A DNA stretch of 64,000 nt from Mobula hypostoma. Lineage: Eukaryota. Numbering within the stretch: the first letter of the stretch is position 1; every line of letters begins with the position of its first letter. Position numbers and translations under genes: made by a program. Location: the NCBI RefSeq assembly GCF_963921235.1, contig NC_086097.1, positions 249,304,001 to 249,368,000 on the forward strand, read 5' to 3'. Of this stretch, positions 61,282 to 64,000 are shown one piece after another. Below the pieces are notes generated by a model. It made no database searches. It saw nothing but the letters and a program-made list of their open reading frames with translations, and was not told the origin of the DNA.

Positions 61282-63095
61282 ATCTTATCCTCCCTGGTTC
61301 AGTCTCTTCCTACCTACATCCATGACACTACACACGCTCTTGATTTTTTCAATGATTTCATGTGCCCTAGCCCGCATCATCTTATTTTCACCATGGATGT
61401 ACAGTCCCTATACACCTCCATCCCCCACCAGGAAGGCCTCAAAGCTCTCCGTTTCTTTCTGGACACCAGACCCAACTAGTTCCCCTCCACCATAACTCTC
61501 CTCCGTCTAGCGGAACTTGTCCTCAATCTTAATAATTTCTCATTCGGCTCCTCCCACTTCCTTCAAATAAAAGTTGCAGCCACTGGTAATCGTATGGGTC
61601 CCAGCTACGCCTGCCTTTTTGTCGGCTACGTGGAACAGTCTATGCTCCAAGCATACACTGATGTCACTCCTCCACTTTTCTTAGGCTACATCGATGACTG
61701 AATTGGTGCTACTTCCTGCACCAACGTGGAGCTCGTCAACTTCATCAACTTTGCCTCGAACTTCCACTTTGCCCTCAAATTTACCTGGTCCATTTCCGAC
61801 ACCTCCCTACCCTCTCTCAATCTCTCTGTCTCTATCTCTTGAGACAGCTTATCTACTGAGGTCTATTATAAACTCACCGACTCTCACAACTACCTGGATT
61901 ATATCTCTTACCCCCTGTTACTTGTAAAAATGTCATCCCAATCTCACAATTCCTCCATCTCCACTGCATCTGCTCTCAGCATGAGGCTTTTCATTCCAGA
62001 ACTATGGAGATGTCCTCCTTCAAAGAAAGGAGTTTGCCTTCCTCCACCATCAATGTTGTCCTCAACCACATCTCTTCCATTTCACGCACGTCTGCCCTCA
62101 CCCCATCAGAGATAGGGTTCCTCTTGTCCTCACCTACCACCTGATCAGCCTCCACATCCAGCACATAATTCCCCATAACCTCTGACGAGATCCCACCACC
62201 AAGCACATCTTACCCCCTACCCCCAAAACTTTCTGCAGGGATCGCTCCCTACTTGACTCCTTCCTCACTGATCTCCCTCCTGGCATTTATCCTTGCAAGC
62301 AGAACAAGTGCTATACCTGCCCCAACACCTCCCTCACTAGCATTCAAGGCTCCAAAAAGTCCTTCAAGGTAAGGTGACACTTCACCTGCAAGTCTTTTGG
62401 GGTCATCTACTGCAATCGGTGCTCCCAGTGTAGCCTGCTGTATATTGGTGAAATCTGATGTAGACTGGGAGACCACTTCGCCGAGCAGCTACATTCCCTC
62501 TGCCCGAAAAAGCAGGATCTCCCAGTGGCCACCCATTTTAATTCCACTCCCATTCCCATTCCGATATGTCAATCCATGGCCTCCTCTACTGTTGCGATGA
62601 GGCCACACTCAGGCTGGAGGAGCACTTTATATTCCATCTGAGCAGCCTCCAACCTGATGACATGAACATCAATTTCTTGAACTTCCAGTAATGACACCCC
62701 CCACTTCACCATTCCCCATCCCCTTGTCCCTCTCTTCTCATCTCATCTCCTTACCTTCCCATCATGCCCCTCTGGTGCTCCTCCCCCTTTTCTTTCTTCC
62801 ATGGCCTTCCGTCCTCTCCTGTTAGATCCTCCCCAACCCTGTATCTCTCACCAACTTCCCAGCTCTTTACTTCACCTCTCCCACTTTCACCTATCCCCTC
62901 GTGTTTCTCCCTCCCACCTCCCCCCCATCTTCTAACTCTAACTCATCTTTTTTCTCCAGTCCTCCTGAAGGGTCTCTACCTGAAACATCAACTGTACTCT
63001 TTTCCAGAGCTGCTGCCTAGCCTGCTGAGTTCCTCCAGCATTTTGTGTGTGTTGCTTAGATTTCCAGCATCTACAGATTTTCTCTTGTTTGTGAG
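61282..63095 (+). mobile_element. Penelope-like element family 1 with RT, GIY-YIG and pLTR, decayed
   Basis: FTMDVQSLYTSIPHQEGL, GNRMGPSYACLFVG, LGYIDD RT motifs; VIYCNRCSQC..YIG endonuclease; degenerate hammerhead at ~62958-62993. Confidence 0.9.
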
Positions 63096-63559
63096 TAGGC
63101 TAAAGAAGGACTTAGACAGATCAGAAGAATGGGCAAAGAAGTGACAATTGGAATATAGTGTTGGGAGGTGTATGGTCATGTGCTTTGGTAGAAGGAAGGA
63201 CAGACTAGGTTAATTTTCAGGTTGAGTCGACGGTGAGGAAGGCAAATGTAACGTTAACATTCATTTCAAGAGGACTAGAACATCATTCCAATTATTGATT
63301 TAAGTACTGTGCAGATGCAACAGGTCCAACAAACAGCTTGAAAAAGCAACGTTTTTTGATGAGAGTCATTGACTAGAGTACTGCAGAGATCCAACAGGAG
63401 CACTCCCATGCAGGTTCAACAAAGAGCTTTTAAAAACCCAGTCTCTACAAAAGAGATACCGCCTAGCGGAGCAGTCTTCGAAGTAGTCTTGAGTCAGAGC
63501 AGCAAGGCTTCGGCAAGAACAGGTGGAAGCTAGGTAAGTTCATTCCTATTTCTTATTCA

Positions 63560-63760
63560 ACTCTTTTGAGAATAGTGGGTATATCTACAGAGCCAGTGTT
63601 CCGTTCTGGGTGTCAGATGTGGGATTTCCAGGAGACTTGCAGCTTCCCCGATGGCCACATCTGCACCAGGTGCATCGAGACGCAGCTCCTGAGAGAATGT
63701 GTTAAGAGCAGACTAGATGGGCCAAATGGCCTAATTCTGCTCCTATATCCTATGGTTTTA
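63560..63760 (+). mobile_element. CR1 ORF1 N-terminal Cys-rich remnant joined to a CR1 tail
   Basis: CQMWDFQETCSFPDGHICTRCIETQLLRECV. Confidence 0.55.
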
Positions 63761-64000
63761 TTTCAGCTGATCTGACAATCCATATTCATGGAATTATTGT
63801 ACTCCCTCTACTGCAAGTATTTTAAGATGGAACCCTCGCATCCACAGGTATGGTCCCACCACAGCACTATTTAACTACAGAATGACTTGTTAGTCACATA
63901 GTAAAATGTAACCTGCAATACAGGACAGGATGCTATTTGCTCTCCTAATCACACGTGCCCGATTGTTAACTGTCATTATTTCATTGCTAGGAATAGAGGT

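Larger units (their letters stand above)
59160..63280 (+). mobile_element. Old CR1 in an ACVR1 intron, fragmented by three later insertions
   Basis: Collinear CR1 ORF2 segments at 59160-59495, 60097-60420, 60943-61270 and 63096-63280. Confidence 0.8.

Noticed and set aside
58804..64000. Further upstream ACVR1 kinase exons
   Set aside because: No matching minus-strand coding sequence was found; the next exon presumably lies beyond the window.

Overview
This is eukaryotic, vertebrate DNA. The repeat content (CR1 LINEs, Rex1/Babar, RTE, V-SINEs, Penelope-like elements) suggests a cartilaginous fish; that is an inference. Most of the window is nested, decayed transposable elements, and nearly all entries in the ORF track are TE fragments or spurious. 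The only host gene recognised is the 3' end of an ACVR1/ALK2-type BMP type I receptor on the minus strand. It comprises a penultimate coding exon (58673-58803), a terminal coding exon missed by the ORF track (55073-55207) and a ~1.7 kb repeat-free 3'UTR with an AATAAA and miR-130/148/137 seed matches. The most interesting unannotated signals are: (i) many minimal type I hammerhead ribozyme motifs from at least two Penelope-like families, several with intact catalytic cores; (ii) a Tf1/sushi-type chromovirus (18460-26944) with both LTRs, a 5-bp CATGG target duplication and a likely self-priming PBS, inserted in a V-SINE and itself hit by LINEs, one of which creates an in-frame Gypsy-RNaseH/CR1-RT chimeric ORF; (iii) candidate HDV-like folds at RTE-derived 5' ends. 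Repeat boundaries were read by eye and are approximate unless a junction is quoted.
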